DNA of 59,098 nt, filler included, from Bipalium vagum (lineage: Eukaryota): NCBI GenBank assembly GCA_037834085.1. It is 3 parts of 3 records of this genome, joined end to end, with 100 filler letters (N's around TTAATTAATTAA, not from the genome) between each part and the next. Parts side by side here need not be neighbours in the genome. Positions count along the whole stretch, not along the records: positions 42,315 to 59,098 come from JBBMKC010094126.1; 2 more parts are not named here. One strand, given 5' to 3'. Below, one piece after another: positions 53,649-59,098 of the stretch. The translations under genes were made by a program, and so were the position numbers. Positions within the stretch are counted from its first letter, which is position 1, and every line of letters starts with the position of its first letter. The notes beneath the pieces are model-generated. The model did no database searches and was not told the origin of the DNA. It worked only from the letters and a program-made list of their open reading frames with translations.

Positions 53649-54689
53649 CTTAACATTCAATGTCAATATCAGACCTATTTAGCTTTTAATATTTCATTTT
53701 AAAAATATTTATAAATGATATATTTTTATACAAAGAAGTGAATAATAAAATATGCAGATGATTGACAATCAACCATAACCCTTTTTATTCTTGTAACTTA
53801 CTTAATATTTCATACAAGATTTTCGGAAAATGGAAAAGTACCTCATTTTACGAATATTGATCACATTAGGCTGAAGCAATTTCTTGTTAGATCATTTTAT
53901 TTTTATAAAAACAAATTTATTGATTTTCATTTCAAGAGAGAACAATAGTTTTATAACTTCTCTTTGTGTTAATAGTTATAATTTATTAAAAAATATTGAT
54001 TTATAAAAAGTTCACCATAACACGTTAGTTTACCCCTTTCTAATTAAAAAATCTATGTACTATTTTCTGTATTTTACAAAGTAGGTTTCGACACATTCTC
54101 AAAAGGTAATTTCTTCTTAACTGTTTATCTAATTGTAGCGTCTGGATTTAATGAATTTTACTGTCTTCAAACAATTTTAATGACATTGGAAAACAAATTT
54201 CTGAAGACTAAAGAAGAAATAATTTTATTTCCCTGCTTTATCCAGTCTGTAAATGTTCAAAATCAAATACAGTTCTAGATCAAATACATTTTTCTTTTAA
54301 CAGAATCTAGATGAAATATAAATATATTTCTAAGATTTATAATTAAATATAAACAAATATAAAAATCAAAACAACAATAATGATAATATGATAATAAAAT
54401 TATTTTCATTATTCATCTGAAAAACTATTCTGATATAAGCGGAAAAGTCACACTACCATTTTTATTCTTAATAACTTTAGAAATGTGTAAGATGAGTGAG
54501 TAATTTAAAAACAAAATATTGAACCAATCAATGAAATAGTTTAAGCAATGATTTTTAGTTTTTTAAAATATCAAAGTCTTTGTTCAATAATTTATTTTAA
54601 TACATTTTTAAAAATTTTTTTAATATTTGTTCTTGGTTTTATTGGGTTTTTCCTTATTTGTGATGATGCAAATTGACGAAATATAAATC

Positions 54690-55200
54690 TTATTAGTTTT
54701 ATTCAGTGGACCAATGAGGCTAAATTTTATATCGACGGCTCTGTGAACCTACAAAAAAGCGTTTATTGCTAATTATACAATCCTCATCTGACACTGGAGA
54801 TGTAGGTCAATGCACCTCATGTTATGGTCTGGGTCTGTATTTATGCTGATGGCTTGATTAGCCTTTATCACTTTTCCGAAAATATGACAGGTATATGTTG
54901 AACAATTATTATTGGCCCGATTTTAATCAATTACCCTTAACTTACTTAATGCTCTTTACACTCCTGTAAATTTGTCTTTAGCAGCTCACGAATGGCTATG
55001 GCAAAACTTTTTGCCAAAGAAAATTTATTGATTGGTCCACAAGGTTATTGGATGTTGCATTTTTTGTGTGCGGACATATTAAACAAAGATTCATTGATGC
55101 ATTTAACAATAAATATGCTAATCGAAATTTGTTAAAAAGCTTGTTTGTCTGTTCCTGGTAGATTACGTCTTTGCAAAGAAGCTAAAAAAGGAGCATTTTG
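54690..55200 (+). mobile_element. Tc1/Tc3-like relic
   Basis: VMVWVCIYADGLISLYHFSENMTG and FFVCGHIK (cf. VMVW..I....IIGPYFF, FFLWG.LK). Confidence 0.55.
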
Positions 55201-55584
55201 AAAATATTTGTATGTTGTGTATGTCTTTTTTCATTCTTCATCAGAGATAATTTTGATAAACAACAAGTATATAAGAATAAGAGATTTTGAAAAGCCTTAT
55301 GAGAGAGAGAGTATTATATTATAATTATTAATTAATTCGGAAATTATACAATTGGAAATTGGTATGTAATTTTAAGTAAAGAATAGCATACAGAAATAGT
55401 TAAATTATATTTTGAATTGTGAAAGATTTGATAAAACCAACCAAAAAATCCAAAGATTTTATAATAGCATACCGATTCCAATCAAAGAATGAGCAGAGTT
55501 AATGTAATGTTGAAAAAAACTAGTAAAAAGTAATAATATAACAAAAAATAGGAAACATACCCCAAGACATAGGCAAAATTATAT

Positions 55585-55845
55585 TTTATGGTTTACCTAA
55601 AATAAAAAGATTATAATCAATTAATAATTATCAACCGGTAAGATCAGTCTTCTACATGAAAAATTATAGTCAACTCAAACAAGCAAAACTTATTGATGAA
55701 TTACTGAAACCATTAATTGAAATGAAATATTAAGTGAAAGATAATTTTGAATCTTGCAATTTAATATATTTACTTATAACAAAACCTCTGAGAAAGATCA
55801 CCCGGTATCATTTGATGTATGTAGTTTATGTATAAATGTATATAT
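55585..55845 (+). mobile_element. Penelope-like element reverse-transcriptase relic
   Basis: FYGLPKI; QPVRSV; AKLIDELLKPL; VKDNFE; VSFDVCSLCINV (cf. FYGLPKIHK..PLRPIV..VSFDV.SLFTNVP). Confidence 0.75.
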
Positions 55846-57479
55846 ATAGTAAAAAAAGATTCATTCAAGATCTGAGGTAAGACCTTATATCTAAGTTCAT
55901 ACTCTTTAAACACCTTTCATATCAATTTATATTCTAATGCAATTTCTTCTGAAAGAAGAACATCACTAATCTTATAACACTCAATCTTATGACCTAACCT
56001 TATTTAAGTTCAGAATTTATTCTTTGATGAATACTCCTTAAATTTGATACTGATCTTACTATATTTTTCAAATCAAAGTCCACAATGAAATCTTAACAAA
56101 AATTCTAGAAATTAAGCTCAAACATTTTTCAAATTATTCAGTGCTCTAAGTCAATAACCTTCATCAACCTTAAAAAATTTTTAAAAATAAATATTCTATA
56201 GAATGCAGTAACGTAAGTGCATTAAAATTGGCGTTGACAAGAGCCCGGGACGAATAGTCGAGCATCGTATCAAATTTTTGAAGTAGAATAAAGAAATCTA
56301 TTGAAGCTGATAGGGTCAATTTTGAACATTTATTATAATTGTTTGGTTATTATTTTTGTATATTGTCTTAATAAAAGTTGTAAGAATTAATTGATTTGTT
56401 TATTTCTATGATAGTTTTAGTCTTCTGAAAACTTTACAAAAATTGTAATTATTTTTTGGCCACCCTGCATATTTTTAAAAACTTTTCCTAATATGGGTAA
56501 CTTTTTTTTAGTTTAATTCATTAATAAAAAATGTTAAATGTTGAGAATTTGTAAAATTTAAGTTCAGAATTTATGTTTTGTTTTGTGAAGCAACAAAAAT
56601 ATTCTCAAAACTTTTACTCTCATAATATAAACAATGGTGTTCTTTTACAACGAAAAAGGAATTTCTTATTCTAATTTATAGGGAATTTCTTTGAAATTAT
56701 ATCACAATCACCATTGTCAATGCAGTGTAAAGATGCAGACATTATGGATGGGATAATGTGATGAGGCTGTCAGTTGTGAGTGAGGTAACATTTATCAGAC
56801 TCAGCCTCGGATTTGCATATCTGAGATGAAATGATATTGGATAAGTGAAAATTGGTTGATTTTCATACTTTTGTGGAATTCATAAATTCTCATTTGTCAC
56901 ATTAAATATTTTATTTTATCAATATTTTCTTCGTCAAATGATTTTTCTGAATATTTTTGTTGAAAATCTTTATTATTTTTATATATTTTTCTTTTAAAAT
57001 CAAAATATTTTTAATAATATAAAACATATTTATAAATTTAAAGAAAAATTGGAATCTAATAATGGAACGGAAATTTTATTAAATTTGGATTAATTTTTTA
57101 TAATTTTTTTAAGAACATTTTGGAAAATGAATATTTTTTTTATAAAATTAAATTTCTTTTTGTGAAATAATTTAGTTTTAATTTAAAAATGGTTGAGAAA
57201 TAATACGTACATATGATTAACCGAGATGGAATCCCAAAACATTTTCCTTATGATACTGTTAACTTGTTCTTTCATTAAATTCCACGTTCTTTTAATATTT
57301 TATGTTTATATATTAACCATTGAGAAATTTTTAGAATCAAGTACTTGACCCAAACTAGTAAACCAAACAAAAATACGTTATTTCTTTTCAAAATAAACCC
57401 TTTGCCATGCCAAAAGATCAATTTCTGTACCAATTTTTTTATTCTGAAGTTGGAATTTCGAAACCAATATCTTTATTTT

Positions 57480-58010
57480 CGATGAAATAACCACGTAATT
57501 TTTTTTATAGTTGGGAAGAAACTAATTCATAATGCGATAAGTCAGTTACATACGGGGTGTGTCATTATTTCTACATTATAATGTCTGTGAAATCAATAGG
57601 ACGTATGATGAAGAATTATTTGTCAATTTTGATTGCCCTCTTTAATTTCTAATCATATGTGGTAAGAAAACTGTTATACACCATTTATCATTGAGAATTC
57701 TTGGATTCTCTGAACTTATCGTTGTCACATATCATTTTAAAATAAAGAAACAAACAATAATTTTCTTTGCAACATTGAGATAATGAACAGGCTTTTCGAT
57801 TTGGATTCACATTTAAATACCCAAACAGTATATTGCTGCTTACGAATAAAGCCAAAAGTCGTTTTAATTTTAATTAATACAAATGACATCTGCTAATCTT
57901 TTGGATTAATTTATGGAACAATTTAATACGCTATTCTTTTTAAGATGTCCAAGTGTATGAGATCAAACGATTACAAAGCTTCGGTAACTTCATATGGTCA
58001 TGCAAACTAC
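57480..58010 (-). mobile_element. Very degenerate gypsy integrase relic
   Basis: SFDLIHLDI and DTP..TDLSHYELV (cf. PFE.IHLD; TPH..TG.SPYEL). Confidence 0.3.
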
Positions 58011-59098
58011 TTTCAAATTTTTTCATGAAACAGCATGTGTGCTTTCATTTTCAGGGTATGTCATATTAAGATTTCATAATTGAAACTGACGTTGGCTGAC
58101 AACCCTCATAAAAATAAACCTTCTAGACTTGTGCTTCCATGTTGGAATTCTGGAAACAATTCTTAAATGCAGTTCTTTGATGGTATTTCTATCCCAAAAC
58201 CTAAAAGAAGTCAATATTGACATTGTGTTCGTTCTAGACCAAGTTATTATAAAATTATTATAAAATTATAGTAAATCATCAAAGGATAATTTTCCGATGA
58301 AAATTTCATATTTTATAGATCGAGTTTCAATTGATTACTTTTATAAAACAAATTCATTAATTTAGATTTATTCAAATGATTTATAGTAAATGATTTATTT
58401 ATAGGATCCCGAGTTCGAATCTTTGTATCTTCAATTAATTTTTAACTAACATATAACATAGCTTAGGTTTATATATTATGAATAATAAAATCTGTTTCTA
58501 TACAGTGCTCTCTTTGATTTTTATGCATTATTGAAACATACAATTTTTAATTTTATATCATTGCCCACGTAATTTTTGTTAGACCTTCTTTTAATATTCT
58601 AAGCAAATTTGCTTGAGAAAATCTCAGAATCTCTTGTATACATAACGTTAGAAATCTGCTACTGGGATTTTTTCTTCTAATTTTAATTTTTTTGTTTTTT
58701 TTATTTTGCTTCATTTTTTATGAATAAATAGAATTCTTCATAGATCCAAAATTTGAAAATACAATTTACTTAGTACAATAAAATTTTGCGCCCAATTTAA
58801 AAATAATTAAATATCTCACATATTTAAGCAATATTTTAAAAAATCTTTTGTAATTCTATTCATATTTTGAGGTAAAAATTAGAAATATGATAATTATTAG
58901 AAAACTGAATTATAATTAATTATGACACCTACTTTTGATAATTTTTAGTGGGTGGCAAATCATAGGAGTGGAAACTAACTAAAAAAAATTATTAGCTCCT
59001 CTGTATTTTTTAGCTTCCCTTTAATTTTTATTTTCAACCATTAACGATAATTTTTAATTATCGAATCACAATCCATTCTTGAATTTATTATATATATA

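Noticed and set aside
56763-56808. Hairpin gaggctg...cagcctc as a possible pre-miRNA
   Set aside because: Stem is short and irregular, and matches no miRNA I recognise.
58404-58424. tRNA B-box-like gagttcgaatc
   Set aside because: No A-box or cloverleaf; at most a SINE trace.

Overview
Very AT-rich, intron-rich metazoan genomic DNA, not prokaryotic. A flatworm-like or other lophotrochozoan host is plausible, but that is inference. Two 100-nt scaffold gaps carry an artificial six-frame-stop spacer. The only clearly functional host gene is a minus-strand TRPC (canonical TRP channel) gene, represented by five phase-compatible exons covering roughly S2 to the TRP box (53648 to 42370). Most of the rest is decayed transposon sequence: pogo/Tigger, Tc1/mariner, two Chapaev3-type elements, hAT, Sola-like, Ty3/gypsy and Penelope-like relics. 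There is also a ~8.5 kb decayed Maverick/Polinton with PLA2, integrase, protease, pPolB N-terminus and accessory genes, carrying a nested solo LTR. The most unusual items are an intact, intronless, GC-richer 487-aa ORF with about eight zinc fingers (mostly RanBP2/NZF-type), a 354-bp coding-like island between perfect 47-bp direct repeats, a 187-bp element with Polinton-like termini, and a tandemly amplified exon/intron-junction repeat. All family assignments come from motif recognition by eye, not database searches.
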